Positions 1 through 10,478 of a DNA stretch of 64,000 nt are shown here, piece by piece. The notes below the pieces were generated by a model. It saw only the letters and a program-made list of their open reading frames with translations. It made no database searches and was not told the origin of the DNA. Made by a program: the position numbers and the translations under genes. Within the stretch, counting starts at the first letter, position 1; the number at the start of each line of letters is the position of its first letter. This stretch comes from an uncultured bacterium (GTDB taxonomy: Bacteria > Oederibacteriota > Oederibacteriia > Oederibacteriales > Oederibacteriaceae), in the NCBI GenBank assembly GCA_965112635.1, contig OZ218778.1, positions 2,752,001 to 2,816,000 on the forward strand, in the 5' to 3' direction.

Positions 1-287
1 GGGTTGTCAAAAACATATGAGGGAATTGAGACCTGTCGATAATAATCAAAAGAAATTGAGGGCCTCAGAAAAAGAGTTTCAGCATCGCTGGTACCATAAA
101 GCCAAAACAACTTAACACCATAATATTGCTCATCCTCCTCTGTATCCTCAAGGTTTCCAATCCCAGAATTACTCCCTTCCACCCCAATACCAAATTTAGG
201 ACCTTTCCCTTTTGAAAATACAAAGACTGGCATAATGAATATTACAATTAACAAAAAAACCAATCTTTTATTCATTTTAGCTCTCAT
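1..287 (-). CDS. partial hypothetical secreted/outer-membrane protein (runs off window)
   Basis: Open frame from ATG 287 (or 275) reads MRAKMNKRLVFLLIVIFIMPVFVFS-KGKGPKFGIGVEGS...YYGVKLFWLY...LRPSISFDYY. It has a signal peptide, alternating beta-strand pattern and low GC. Not in the ORF track because it is truncated. Confidence 0.6.
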   Translation of the reverse strand, partial: MRAKMNKRLVFLLIVIFIMPVFVFSKGKGPKFGIGVEGSNSGIGNLEDTEEDEQYYGVKLFWLYGTSDAETLFLRPSISFDYYRQVSIPSYVFDN

Positions 288-1998
288 AGCCTTCGTAGTG
301 GTTGGTCAAGGGCATCCGGCGGTCCCGTCCAAAGGCTTTGGGAGTGATCTTGACCCCTGGCGGCGCCTGCCTGCGCTTATATTCGCTTTTATCCACCATC
401 CCGATCACCTGCCTGACCACCGCCCGGCTGAAACCCGACCCGGCGATCCTCTCCAAAGACTCGTCCTTTTCTACGTATTTTTTCAGGATGGGGTCCAGGA
501 CAGGATAGGGCGGCAGGGAATCCGAATCTTTTTGGTTTTTCCGCAACTCCGCCGTGGGCGTCCGGCTGATAATATGCTCCGGGATGAGATAAAACCCGGC
601 GGCCAGGTTCCGGGTGCGGCAAAGACTGTAAACTTTTTCCTTTAACACATCTTTTAATACGGCAAACCCCCCGGCCATATCACCGTAAAGCGTGGCGTAA
701 CCCATGCTCATCTCGCTCTTGTTGCCCGTGGTCAGGACCAGCCACCCGAATTTGTTGGAAAGGGCCATGAGCAAAGAACCCCGGATGCGCGCCTGCAGGT
801 TCTCCTCCGCGATATCCCACCCGGCCCCTTTGAAAGCGGGCTTGAGAACCTTCAAGTATTCCCTGAACATAGGTTCGATATTGAGGGACATCAAGGGGAT
901 CCCCAGGTTGTCCGCCAGTTCCTGGGCGTCCCGCAGGCTGACCGGACTGGAAAAACGGGACGGCATGAAGACGAGGTGGACGTTCCGCGTTCCGATAGCG
1001 TCACCGGCGACCACGCTGGTCAGGGCCGAGTCCACCCCGCCGCTCAGCCCCACCACCACGTCCGTAAAACCGTTTTTCCGGATGTAATCCCGCGTGCCCA
1101 GGACCAGGGCCCGGTAGATCTCTTCCGTCGCGGAGAGAACAGGGGCCAGGGCTGGCTGCAAAGCTCCAGTTTCATTCCCGCCGGTCCTGACAGCTTTGGC
1201 CGTTACCCTATCCACCCCGGGAAGACCCTTCGGCCGTTTTTCCCGGGCCGGCAGCTCGATATCGAACACGGCCATTTCTTCCTCGAACGCCCTGCAGCGG
1301 GCCAAAACCTCGCCCCGGTCGTTATACACCAAGCTGTGGCCGTCAAAGACCAGCTCGTCCTGCCCGCCTACAAGATTGAGGTAAGCGATAAAGACCTTAT
1401 GGTCCAAAGAGCGCCTTTTGAGGATCGCCGCCCTCTCCCGCCATTTCTGGAGATGATAGGGCGAGGAACTGATGTTGAGGATCAGCTGGGCTCCGGCAGC
1501 CACCTGCCGGCCCGTCGGGCCCTCGTCGGACCAGATGTCCTCGCAGATGTTCACGCCCACCCGAACCTTTTTGAGGTCCAGGACCAGGGGCCGCTGTCCC
1601 GGCGTGAAATACCTTTTTTCGTCAAAAACCCCGTAATTGGGAAGTAAAATCTTGTGGTAAACACCAAGCAGCCGTCCGGCCTGGATGATCCCCGCGGCGT
1701 TGAAAATTTTGCCGTCCTTTTGGTCCACGAACCCGACCACGCAGACCAGCCTTGGTGTTTTTGAGGAGAAATGGACCACGCGGTGCAGGGCCTTGAGGTT
1801 GTCCCGGATAAAGGTGGGTTTCAAGAGCAGGTCTTCGGGGGGATAGCCGGTCAGGACCAGCTCGGGAAAACAGACAATATCCGCTCTTTGGCTGTCCGCC
1901 TGCTGGATATAGTTGCAGACTTTTTCTACATTGCCGTCCAGGTCGCCGACCGTCGCATTGATCTGGCCTAGCCCTAGACGCAGGGTGTTTTTATCCAA
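277..1998 (-). CDS. nadE: glutamine-dependent NAD+ synthetase
   Basis: N-terminal nitrilase domain (FPELVLTGYPPEDLL, NICEDIW) plus synthetase domain (GLSGGVDS, ENLQARIRG, TTGNKSE, SEYKRRQAPPG). Confidence 0.97.
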   Translation of the reverse strand: MDKNTLRLGLGQINATVGDLDGNVEKVCNYIQQADSQRADIVCFPELVLTGYPPEDLLLKPTFIRDNLKALHRVVHFSSKTPRLVCVVGFVDQKDGKIFNAAGIIQAGRLLGVYHKILLPNYGVFDEKRYFTPGQRPLVLDLKKVRVGVNICEDIWSDEGPTGRQVAAGAQLILNISSSPYHLQKWRERAAILKRRSLDHKVFIAYLNLVGGQDELVFDGHSLVYNDRGEVLARCRAFEEEMAVFDIELPAREKRPKGLPGVDRVTAKAVRTGGNETGALQPALAPVLSATEEIYRALVLGTRDYIRKNGFTDVVVGLSGGVDSALTSVVAGDAIGTRNVHLVFMPSRFSSPVSLRDAQELADNLGIPLMSLNIEPMFREYLKVLKPAFKGAGWDIAEENLQARIRGSLLMALSNKFGWLVLTTGNKSEMSMGYATLYGDMAGGFAVLKDVLKEKVYSLCRTRNLAAGFYLIPEHIISRTPTAELRKNQKDSDSLPPYPVLDPILKKYVEKDESLERIAGSGFSRAVVRQVIGMVDKSEYKRRQAPPGVKITPKAFGRDRRMPLTNHYEGYES

Positions 1999-2009
1999 GG
2001 GAAAACCTT

Positions 2010-2876
2010 TCAGGATGTCTTGGTCTTGACCGAGGCTTTGGAACGGGTCTCCTGCAGCTTGATGGTGGCAGTCCGGTGCTCCAGGCAGGCGAGCGAGATA
2101 TCGATGACCTCCTGGGCCTCAAGAGGGGTCATGGTGCCGATAGCGACCAGGTCCTGGTCCCGGATGGTGTTCCACACAAAGGTCAAGCCCTGCAGGGGCC
2201 TCAACTGCCCGGCGGCCAATGGCTTGATGGTCAGCACCGGTTTTTTGGCACTGAGGATGACGCGCTGGACCCAGTCCACCTCCACCTGCATCAAAAAACC
2301 CATGGAATTATAGATGGAGATATAGGTTTCCACGTCCGCCTTGTTCTCGTCCGCGTAGATGATGGTCTCGGGCATGTGGGTCGAAAGACCGGGGATCATC
2401 CCGCGCTCGCGGATCATCTTGGTCAGCGTGTCGATATGGCGGATCTTGCGGGTGCACCGGTCCACCAGGTTATCGGTCGTGCACTGGTGCGGCATGCAGA
2501 TCTTGACGTGGGGCATCTTGGCCAGTTCATCCAGCATCCGGCTGGCCTCATCGAGGTCAAGTCCCTTGGCCGGGGTATCGGGCGTGGTTGTGAAGTTGGG
2601 GATGGCGGCTACGTTCATCCTGCGGCCGCTTTTGTCTTCAGCGTCCTTGATAGCGTCGGTCATGAAAGGCCGGGTCGTGTCGCCGATCAAAAGGTCCACT
2701 CCCGCTTTCATAAACACGGTAAGAATGTCCGCGATTCGCTTGCGCTCTGTGAAATATTCCTTAATGAACACGTCTTTAGCATTAGTGGTGTGGCTGAAAC
2801 CAAGAAGCCAGTTGGTCCCTATGACCATTCTGGAAACGGACAAACCGCCTATCGAGGTCCTGGGAAATTCGCTCAT
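2010..2876 (-). CDS. conserved hypothetical protein, aldo/keto-reductase-like TIM barrel
   Basis: Starts like AKRs (RTSIGGLSVSRMVIGTN) and contains IPGLSTH and KPVLTIKPLAAG. Confidence 0.6.
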   Translation of the reverse strand: MSEFPRTSIGGLSVSRMVIGTNWLLGFSHTTNAKDVFIKEYFTERKRIADILTVFMKAGVDLLIGDTTRPFMTDAIKDAEDKSGRRMNVAAIPNFTTTPDTPAKGLDLDEASRMLDELAKMPHVKICMPHQCTTDNLVDRCTRKIRHIDTLTKMIRERGMIPGLSTHMPETIIYADENKADVETYISIYNSMGFLMQVEVDWVQRVILSAKKPVLTIKPLAAGQLRPLQGLTFVWNTIRDQDLVAIGTMTPLEAQEVIDISLACLEHRTATIKLQETRSKASVKTKTS

Positions 2877-2918
2877 GGCACGTTATCCTTTCAAAAGAAT
2901 GGATGTAAGAACAAGAGA

Positions 2919-2947
2919 ATTATAACAAAAGGAAATCTGCTTTGCAT
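2919..2947 (-). promoter_or_regulatory. putative sigma70 promoter (extended -10)
   Basis: TGtTATAAT (-10 at 2919-2924) with ATGCAA 17 nt upstream, ahead of the 2876 start. Confidence 0.4.
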
Positions 2948-3137
2948 TTCTCAATTAGACGCTTTGGAGCACCAGAAAAAGGGCAGAAATATTGGAGAGT
3001 GCTGTGGGTTAAGCGGCCTGAAGGATCGTTCCTCCAAGCTCAAGTAATTTTTTAGGGCATACGCTCCAACATACACCTTTTGGGAGTAATCATGACTAAA
3101 AATTGCTCTCTCATCCTGAAATAGCGCAGAGAGATAT

Positions 3138-4394
3138 TCAATTACTTGCTGTTTTGATCTTTTTGAGGGCATCAAGGGCTTGCTTGCGCACATCCAGGTC
3201 ACCGTCTTTGAGCGCTTTGGTCAGGCCGGGCAAAACCTTTTTAGCCTCTGGCCCTATGTTACCCAAAGCTTCGGCCGCAGCCGCCCTTGTCTCGGCATCT
3301 GTATCGCCCAACGCCTTGTCCAGGCTGGAAACAGCCTCTCCGGCCAATGGCCCCAACCCACCGAGACCGTTCGCCGCGCTCTTGCGGACGCCGGAATTTT
3401 CATCAGCCAGGGCCCTCATAAGGCTGGGCAAGGCATTTTTAGCTGACTGTCCCATCCTGGCCAGGGCATCAGCGCTGCCTGAACGAATATGCGGGTCTTT
3501 ATCCAACAGCGCCCTAATGAGGCTGGGTAAACCAACCTTCCCGATAGAACCTAGGGCATCCGCAGCGACCTCGTGGCAATATTCATCCCCCAGGGATCTG
3601 ATCAGTTCAGGCACAGCTTCCTGAGCCGCTGGGCCTATCTCTCCCAGGGCGTTCGCAACACCTTCCCGAATATCGGTGTTTTTATCGCTCAGGGCTTTAA
3701 TGAGTTCAGACACAGCAGCTGGCCCAATGGCGCTTAAGGCCTCAATGGACGCATCCCGGCTGAATTGGTCTGCGATGGCCCTGATAAGACTGGGAACCGC
3801 CCCTTTGGCTTGCAAGCCCATAGAGTACAGCGCATTGGCCGCGTGCCTTCGTAAATCCGGATTTTCATCGGTTAAAACTTTGCAGAGGCCCGGGACAGCC
3901 TCATGGGCCTGGGGCCCCATCTTGGCCAGGATATCCACCGCACCCATCCGCACATGGAGATTTTCATCCCCCAGCTCCTGGACCAGCAGAGGCACGTCCT
4001 TAACGCTGGGCAAGCCGATATTATTCAGGGCATAGGTCACATGAATGGGGACCATATGGTTGCCATCCCCTAGCATCTTGATGAGGAGCGGCACGGCCCT
4101 TCTGGCCAGGGGACCCATCTCACCCAGCGCCTCGGCCGCGGTCTCACGCACGATCCAATTTTCATCTCCCAGCGCCTTGACCAGGCTGGGGATAGCCTCT
4201 TTGGCATCGGGACCCATCTTTCCCAGAGCTTCAGCGGCAGTTACGCGGACATCTGAACTGTTGCTGGAAAGCTTCTTGATGAGGCTGGAGACATCGCCTC
4301 CGGCTAAGAGCCTGCTATGCGGAAATAGCAGAACAACCATAAATACAACCAGATAAAAAATAATGTTTTTAGGCTTGGTGTATTTCAAAAACAT
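3138..4394 (-). CDS. secreted/membrane-anchored HEAT (PBS-lyase-like) repeat protein
   Basis: N-terminal hydrophobic segment, then ~31-aa repeats of the form VR.AAAEALG.MGP.A.EA.P.L.KAL.DE. Confidence 0.9.
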   Translation of the reverse strand: MFLKYTKPKNIIFYLVVFMVVLLFPHSRLLAGGDVSSLIKKLSSNSSDVRVTAAEALGKMGPDAKEAIPSLVKALGDENWIVRETAAEALGEMGPLARRAVPLLIKMLGDGNHMVPIHVTYALNNIGLPSVKDVPLLVQELGDENLHVRMGAVDILAKMGPQAHEAVPGLCKVLTDENPDLRRHAANALYSMGLQAKGAVPSLIRAIADQFSRDASIEALSAIGPAAVSELIKALSDKNTDIREGVANALGEIGPAAQEAVPELIRSLGDEYCHEVAADALGSIGKVGLPSLIRALLDKDPHIRSGSADALARMGQSAKNALPSLMRALADENSGVRKSAANGLGGLGPLAGEAVSSLDKALGDTDAETRAAAAEALGNIGPEAKKVLPGLTKALKDGDLDVRKQALDALKKIKTASN

Positions 4395-4410
4395 TCTGTT
4401 TTCCTTATAT

Positions 4411-6243
4411 CTAGGCTTCGGCCGAGGCTTCCCTTTTCTGCACGCGCTTGCGTTCGGTTTCGCCCAGCAGTCTTTTCCTTAGGCGTAAATTTAGGGGCGT
4501 CACTTCCAGCAGTTCGTCTTTTTCCAAATATTCCAGGCATTGTTCCAGGCTCATTTTACGGTATGGGGTCAAGGTCAGCGCCTCATCCGAGGCTTTACTG
4601 CGCATATTGCTCATGGCCTTGGTTTTGCATACATTGACCACGATATCGTCATCCTTGCAGTTTTCTCCGACGATCATGCCGCCATAAACATCTACCCTAC
4701 TGGGGATGAAAAAAGTGCCCCTGTCCTGCAGTTGATACATGGCATAGGCCGTGGAGATCCCTTGCTCCATGGCGATCAAAACACCGCGGTTCCTGCCTGG
4801 CAAAGCCCCTTGGTATTCTCCGTAACCGTCGAACATATGGTTCAGGATGCCCTCGCCCCGGGTATCCGTCAAAAACTCTGACCGGTATCCCAGCAATCCC
4901 CGGGACGGTATCCTAAATTCCAGACGGGTATGCCCTTCTCCGGAAGGGTGCATATTGGCCATGTTCCCACGGCGGACGCCGGTTTTTTCCATGCATACGC
5001 CCACGTATTCCGTGGGCACGTCCAGGACCAGGTACTCGTAAGGCTCCAAGGTCTCACCCTTGGGCCCGGCCTTGAGGATGACCTCAGGTTTGGAGACCAT
5101 GAACTCATACCCTTCCCGGCGCATGGTCTCGATCAGGATGCCTAAGTGCAGTTCGCCCCGGCCGGAAACTTTGAGGGAATCCGGGCTGTCCGTATCTTCC
5201 ACCTTTAAGCTCAGGTTGGTCAGCGCTTCTTTATAAAGACGTTCCCTAAGATGTCGGGAGGTCACGAATTTGCCTTCCTTGCCGAAAAAGGGGCTGTTAT
5301 TGGAGGAAAAGATCATGTTCAGGGTCGGCTCGTCCACCTGGATAGCCGGCAAAGCCACCGGGTTTTCCACCGAAGCGACGGTTTCACCTATCTTGATGTC
5401 TTCTAGCCCTCCGACCGCCACGATATCTCCGGTCCCGGCCTGCTCGATCTCCACCCGCTTGAGCCCCTCATAGGTGGAAAGATGGGTGACCTTAAAATTG
5501 ACCACATCCCCGCCCAGCCTCACGCAGGAAACCTGCTGGTTCTTGGCCAGGGTACCGTTGGAGATCCTGCCCACGGCCAGTCTGCCCAGGTAATCGCTGT
5601 AATCCGTAGTGGTGACCATCATCTGCACCGGGGCGTTTTCATCGCCCTCGGGAGCCGGGATCTTTTTCAGGATGGTTTCCAGCAGGGGCCGCAGGTCCTT
5701 GCCCTCCTCGCGGAGATGCTCTTTGGCCATGCCCTGCCGGGAAGAGGCGTAGAGGAGAGGAAAATCCAGGTGGTGCTCCTCGGCTCCCAAAGCGATAAAA
5801 AGATCCAGGATTTTATCCAGCGTTTCCGCGGGCTGGGCATCCTTGCGGTCGATCTTGTTGATGACCACGATGATCTTGAGGTTTTTCTCCAGGGCTTTTT
5901 TAAGGACGAACTTGGTCTGGGGCAAAGGCCCTTCGGCGGCGTCCACCAAAAGAAGCACCCCGGAAACCATCTGCAAAATGCGCTCCACTTCCCCGCCGAA
6001 ATCCGCGTGCCCGGGGGTGTCCACGATGTTGAACTTGACGCCCTGATAAACAATAGAAGCGCTCTTGGAAAAAATGGTGATGCCGCGCTCCCGTTCCAGC
6101 TCGTTGCTGTCCATCACGCAATCCAGGACCTGCTCATTCTGCCTGAACACGCCGCTCTGCCGCAGCAGGCCGTCTACCAGCGTGGTCTTACCGTGGTCCA
6201 CATGGGCGACAATGGCAAAATTCCTTATGTTCTTTTTATCCAT
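4411..6243 (-). CDS. typA: translational GTPase TypA/BipA
   Basis: [49 protein letters not shown] motifs. Alternative TTG start at 6252. Confidence 0.97.
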   Translation of the reverse strand: MDKKNIRNFAIVAHVDHGKTTLVDGLLRQSGVFRQNEQVLDCVMDSNELERERGITIFSKSASIVYQGVKFNIVDTPGHADFGGEVERILQMVSGVLLLVDAAEGPLPQTKFVLKKALEKNLKIIVVINKIDRKDAQPAETLDKILDLFIALGAEEHHLDFPLLYASSRQGMAKEHLREEGKDLRPLLETILKKIPAPEGDENAPVQMMVTTTDYSDYLGRLAVGRISNGTLAKNQQVSCVRLGGDVVNFKVTHLSTYEGLKRVEIEQAGTGDIVAVGGLEDIKIGETVASVENPVALPAIQVDEPTLNMIFSSNNSPFFGKEGKFVTSRHLRERLYKEALTNLSLKVEDTDSPDSLKVSGRGELHLGILIETMRREGYEFMVSKPEVILKAGPKGETLEPYEYLVLDVPTEYVGVCMEKTGVRRGNMANMHPSGEGHTRLEFRIPSRGLLGYRSEFLTDTRGEGILNHMFDGYGEYQGALPGRNRGVLIAMEQGISTAYAMYQLQDRGTFFIPSRVDVYGGMIVGENCKDDDIVVNVCKTKAMSNMRSKASDEALTLTPYRKMSLEQCLEYLEKDELLEVTPLNLRLRKRLLGETERKRVQKREASAEA

Positions 6244-6306
6244 AATATTCAAATCCTCATTTCAGTTTCTTTTTGGGAGAAAGGGTTTGCAAGATGGAAA
6301 GGCTGG

Positions 6307-7011
6307 TTAGGCGACTTCCAAAGGTCCCTGATACCGCCCCAGGATCAGGTCGGCCAGCACCAGATCTTCGGGCACCGTGATCTTGATATTCTCGTAAGAG
6401 CCTTCCACGATCCGGACGGGCTTGCCCAGACGCTCCACCAGGGAGGCCTCGTCCGTGGAAACGAACTTGTCCGCGAGTGCCTTTTCAAAAGCCTCAAAAA
6501 GCAGTCCGGTCTCAAAGACCTGGGGCGTCTGGGCGCTCATGAGCTTGCTCCGGTCCAGGGTCTCCTGGATGACCATGGAGCTTTTGACGGACTTAATGGT
6601 GTCTTTGACTGCCACTCCCAGGATGGCCGCCTTGGTTTCCCCAGCTGTTTCCACCACTTTTCGCACCAGTTCCGGCGGGCACAGCGGCCTGACCGCGTCA
6701 TGGACCAGGATCAGGTCCCACTCCCTGCCGGCTTTTTTCAGGGCATTCCACACCGACTCCTGCCGGGTCTTGCCCCCGACCACCACCTCGGCCACTTTCT
6801 GCAAATGATATTTTTCCACCATCAACCCGCAGGAGGAAACCTCTTCCTGCGGTCCGGCCACCCAGATCTTCTCAATAAAGGGCTGTCTTTCCAGCAAATC
6901 CAAGGTATGGGCCAGGATAGGCTTGCCTTTCAAAAGTAAAAAAGGCTTTTTAACCTTGCCCTTCATCCTCTTGCCTTCACCCGCGGCCGGAACAATGGCA
7001 GCGACCCTCAA
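6307..7011 (-). CDS. ispD: 2-C-methyl-D-erythritol 4-phosphate cytidylyltransferase
   Basis: [36 protein letters not shown] motifs. Confidence 0.95.
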   Translation of the reverse strand: MRVAAIVPAAGEGKRMKGKVKKPFLLLKGKPILAHTLDLLERQPFIEKIWVAGPQEEVSSCGLMVEKYHLQKVAEVVVGGKTRQESVWNALKKAGREWDLILVHDAVRPLCPPELVRKVVETAGETKAAILGVAVKDTIKSVKSSMVIQETLDRSKLMSAQTPQVFETGLLFEAFEKALADKFVSTDEASLVERLGKPVRIVEGSYENIKITVPEDLVLADLILGRYQGPLEVA

Positions 7012-7024
7012 AAAGCCCTCCTGT

Positions 7025-7152
7025 TAACAGTCTGCCAAAAGAGTGGTTTTTCACATTCATTCAGCAGACTGTTACTCCGAGATTTCCTCTGAAATCGAGG
7101 AGCTTCGTCCTTCTTGTTGAGCTGAAAAAGTCTCTAATTGGACTTTTTCAGC
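7025..7152. repeat. cluster of three inverted repeats (REP/MITE-like or structured RNA)
   Basis: TAACAGTCTGC 7025-35 pairs with GCAGACTGTTA 7064-74; GATTTC 7081-86 with GAAATC 7091-96; GCTGAAAAAGTC 7121-32 with GACTTTTTCAGC 7141-52. Confidence 0.7.
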
Positions 7153-7164
7153 GGACTCTTGGTT

Positions 7165-8139
7165 TTAGTGGTTATCCGCCTTGCGGGTAAAGATCATGCG
7201 CCCGGCAGTGGTCTGCAGAACGCTCGTCACCACGGCGTCGATATCCTGTCCGATGTAATGCCTGCCGTTCTCCACGATCACCATGGTACCGTCGTCGAGA
7301 TAACCCACTCCCTGCCCGCTTTCCTTGCCTTCCTTCAGGACCTTGATCCTCATGACTTCGCCCGGCATGACCACGGATTTGACCGCATTGGCCAGGTCGT
7401 TGACGTTGAGGACCTTGACCCCCTGCAGTTCCGCGACCTTGTTGAGGTTAAAATCGTTGGTCACAACAACGCCCTGGAGGACCTTGGACAACTCCACCAG
7501 TTTTTCGTCGACCTCCGGGATATGGGGAAAATCCTTCTCAAAGATCTTGATATCCACGCCTTTCTTTTTCTGCATCATATTCAAGATGTCCAGGCCCCGG
7601 CGCCCCCGCGCCCTTTTGATAGGGTCGGAAGAATCAGCCACCCGCTGGAGCTCCTGCAAAACGAACCGCGGGATAATCATCGGCCCTTCCACGAAACCCG
7701 TGCCTACGATGTCCGCAATGCGGCCGTCGATGATGACGCTGGTATCCAGTATCTTGGATTTGGCGTTGAGAGCCGGGTCGAACAGGGCGATCTCCTGCCT
7801 CTTTTTGATGCCGACCATCAGGCCCAGGTAACCGAAGAAGAAATACAAAAGCAAGCGGCCCAGGTTCAGAACAGTCTCCTCATTGATGATGGCGGTCATG
7901 GGCAATGAAATCAAAAATGCCAGTAAAAGCCCGAAAGCCAGGCCGATCGCGCCCAATGCGGTTTCCTTGAGGGAAATGTTATCCAGGGTGACTTCCAAAA
8001 GAACGATGATGCCGGAGATCAGGAGGCCGCCAGCGGCGCCCACCCAGATGGAAAAACCCCTTTCCATATTCCTCAGGATCAGCGCCCCGGCCAGAGCGCC
8101 GCAGAAAACAAATAGAACTCTAAGTCTTTTAACTCCCAT
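7165..8139 (-). CDS. membrane PIN/TRAM domain protein (YacL family)
   Basis: TM helices, then ILDTSVIIDGRI, RGRRGLD, TNDFNLNKVA, GKESGQGVGYLDDGTMV, SVLQTTAGRMIF. Lies between radA and ispD as in Bacillota. Confidence 0.92.
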   Translation of the reverse strand: MGVKRLRVLFVFCGALAGALILRNMERGFSIWVGAAGGLLISGIIVLLEVTLDNISLKETALGAIGLAFGLLLAFLISLPMTAIINEETVLNLGRLLLYFFFGYLGLMVGIKKRQEIALFDPALNAKSKILDTSVIIDGRIADIVGTGFVEGPMIIPRFVLQELQRVADSSDPIKRARGRRGLDILNMMQKKKGVDIKIFEKDFPHIPEVDEKLVELSKVLQGVVVTNDFNLNKVAELQGVKVLNVNDLANAVKSVVMPGEVMRIKVLKEGKESGQGVGYLDDGTMVIVENGRHYIGQDIDAVVTSVLQTTAGRMIFTRKADNH

Positions 8140-8206
8140 TCCGTAACACCTCCTGTCTTTTTAAAACAAACCCCCTCACCCGTCGATCTTTAGGCAAGGT
8201 CGGTGA

Positions 8207-9595
8207 TCACGATAAAACTTTTTTGAGATCTTTTCTGCGTAAAAGCTGGTCAATGGCTTCTCTCAGGTCCGCGACCCCGATGACCTCCAGGGGCGCCTTT
8301 TTGCCCAGCGATTTAAGCTGGTGCTGGGACAAATAACATTTTTTAAATCCCTGCTTGGCCGCTTCCATGACCCTTTTTTCTGCGTGCTGGACCCCCCGGA
8401 CCTCTCCGGCCAAGCCAATCTCGCCGAAAACGACCACTTCTTCAGGCACCGGGCAGTCCAGAGCGCTCGAAGCAATGGCTAGGGCCAGCCCCAAGTCGGT
8501 CGCCGGTTCCGTGGTCCTGAAACCGCCGGCCACGTTGGCAAAAATATCGTTTCCCTGCAACGGCAATCCGGCCTTTTTCTCCAGAACCGCCAACAGGATG
8601 CAAAACCGGTTGTAATCCACCCCGGTGGTCACACGCTGGGCCACCGGAAAGTTGGCCGGGCTGACCAGTGCCTGGATCTCGATCAGGAAAGGCCTGCTCC
8701 CCTCCATCGCGGGCACCACCACCGAACCCGAGGAACGGCTGGGCCTTTCGCTCAAAAGGAGCCGGGAGGGGTCCTTGACCTCCACCAGTCCCTGTTCCTG
8801 CATCTCAAAAAGGCCGATCTCGTTGGTCGAACCGAACCGGTTCTTGACAGCCCTCAAAACCCTGAGGTTGAGGAACCGATCGCCTTCAAAGTATAACACA
8901 GTATCAACCAGATGTTCCAAAACCCGCGGTCCCGCCAGGGACCCGTCTTTGGTAACGTGGCCCACTAGGAAAACGGGAATGCCCAAGTTTTTACACAGGG
9001 AAAAGAATAGGTGGCTGCACTCCCTTACCTGGCTGACACTGCCCGGCGCCGCCGGGACCTCGGGACGGTAAAGGGATTGGATGGAATCGATGATCACGCA
9101 ATGAGGCTTTTGTTGCTGGATGTGCTGGGCAATGACATCCGCGTTGTTCTCGGACAGCACAAAAAGGCCCGGGGCGTCCGCCTTGAGACGACTGCTCCGC
9201 AGTTTGGTCTGTGACACGGACTCCTCGCCTGAAACATAGAGAACCTTGGAGCCCTTCTCCGCCAGGGAGTGGCACATCTGGAGCAGCAGAGTGGACTTGC
9301 CGATGCCCGGCTCACCACCGATCAAAGTAAAACTTCCCGGCACGATGCCTCCGCCCATCAACCGATCCAGTTCCCCCAGCCCGGTGTTCAGGCGCTTGAC
9401 GTCCTCCTCTTTGACCTCTCTTAACGAGGTGACCTGGGCCGGGTTCTTGGAAAAGGGCAGGGTCTCATGGGGGGATTCTTCAGCTTGGACCTCTTCCTGG
9501 AGGGTATTCCACTTGCCGCAATCGGGGCAGCGGCCCAGCCAGCGGGCCGATTCATAACCGCACTCCTGGCAAACAAAGCTGGTCTTAGTCTTCAC
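8207..9595 (-). CDS. radA: DNA repair protein RadA/Sms
   Basis: CQECG...CPDC zinc finger, GEPGIGKST, KNRFG motif, Lon-like C-terminus. Confidence 0.97.
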   Translation of the reverse strand: MKTKTSFVCQECGYESARWLGRCPDCGKWNTLQEEVQAEESPHETLPFSKNPAQVTSLREVKEEDVKRLNTGLGELDRLMGGGIVPGSFTLIGGEPGIGKSTLLLQMCHSLAEKGSKVLYVSGEESVSQTKLRSSRLKADAPGLFVLSENNADVIAQHIQQQKPHCVIIDSIQSLYRPEVPAAPGSVSQVRECSHLFFSLCKNLGIPVFLVGHVTKDGSLAGPRVLEHLVDTVLYFEGDRFLNLRVLRAVKNRFGSTNEIGLFEMQEQGLVEVKDPSRLLLSERPSRSSGSVVVPAMEGSRPFLIEIQALVSPANFPVAQRVTTGVDYNRFCILLAVLEKKAGLPLQGNDIFANVAGGFRTTEPATDLGLALAIASSALDCPVPEEVVVFGEIGLAGEVRGVQHAEKRVMEAAKQGFKKCYLSQHQLKSLGKKAPLEVIGVADLREAIDQLLRRKDLKKVLS

Positions 9596-9601
9596 GTCAA
9601 G

Positions 9602-10477
9602 CTACTTCTTCCACAAAAGTTTCCAGGGGTTTTTCTTGAGGTCCGCCACCAGGGATTTGATGTCATCCGCGAGCTGTTTGTCCGAAACCAGGGCGCCGAC
9701 CGTTCCCTCGCCCCTATCGATCTTCTGAGTGATGGAAGAAAGGGATTTTGAGGTCTGTTCCAGTTGGCTGGTGATGGTCCCCAGGTTGCTGATGGCTTTC
9801 TGAATCTGTTCTTTGTTGGTGGCGCTCGTGAGGTCGTTGAGGTTGCTGATCAAAGTGCCCAGGTTCTTGGCCAGGCTGTTGAGGGTCTCGGAGGCCTGGC
9901 TGAAGTTCTTCATGCCGTTATGGATGGCCGCCTTGTTGCCCTCCAGGATGTCATTGAGGTTCTGCATACTGGTCCCCGCGTTGCGGACCGTTCTGATGAG
10001 AGCCTCTTTCATCTGAGGGTCGCCGATGACCCCTCTTAATACATCCGCGATCTTATGCAGGGTCACCATAGTCTCGTCGCCGCTGACCGGGTCGTTGCCC
10101 CTCACCTCCGCGTTATTTTCCAGGTAACCGACACCGGCTTGGCGTGTGGGCACGTTGATCTCCACGTACTTTTCGCCGAGCAGACCCTGGGAATAGATCG
10201 TGATATCGGCGTCTTTCCTGATCTTGACCCCGGGGTCAATGGCCAGGACCACTTTGACCAGGTCTCCTTCAGACTTGAGGGCCTGGACCTTGCCGATCCC
10301 CACCCCGCCGGCGTATAAAACCTTGGCGTCGGTCTTGATGTTATTGACGAAGGAAAACAACACGTTGACAGTATAACCGCCGTGCCAGAAAGATAATCTT
10401 CCGACCATAAAAATAAAAATGGTCAGGAGGATCAAAGCGCTGGTGGCCATGATACCCACTTTGGTCTCTGGTTTCAT
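9602..10477 (-). CDS. mlaD: MCE/MlaD family lipid-transport substrate-binding protein
   Basis: N-terminal TM, GLLGEKYVEI, helical extension, C-terminal LKKNPW. Confidence 0.85.
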   Translation of the reverse strand: MKPETKVGIMATSALILLTIFIFMVGRLSFWHGGYTVNVLFSFVNNIKTDAKVLYAGGVGIGKVQALKSEGDLVKVVLAIDPGVKIRKDADITIYSQGLLGEKYVEINVPTRQAGVGYLENNAEVRGNDPVSGDETMVTLHKIADVLRGVIGDPQMKEALIRTVRNAGTSMQNLNDILEGNKAAIHNGMKNFSQASETLNSLAKNLGTLISNLNDLTSATNKEQIQKAISNLGTITSQLEQTSKSLSSITQKIDRGEGTVGALVSDKQLADDIKSLVADLKKNPWKLLWKK

Positions 10478-10478
10478 T

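Noticed and set aside
3-32. 30-mer GTTGTCAAAAACATATGAGGGAATTGAGAC resembling a type I-B CRISPR repeat
   Set aside because: Only one copy in the window, no cas genes, and it lies inside an open minus-strand frame with a signal peptide. An array continuing left of the window cannot be fully excluded.
2951-3202. 83-aa ORF in the AT-rich gap after the HEAT gene
   Set aside because: Overlaps the HEAT gene end, has no SD or motif, and covers a likely promoter/terminator region.
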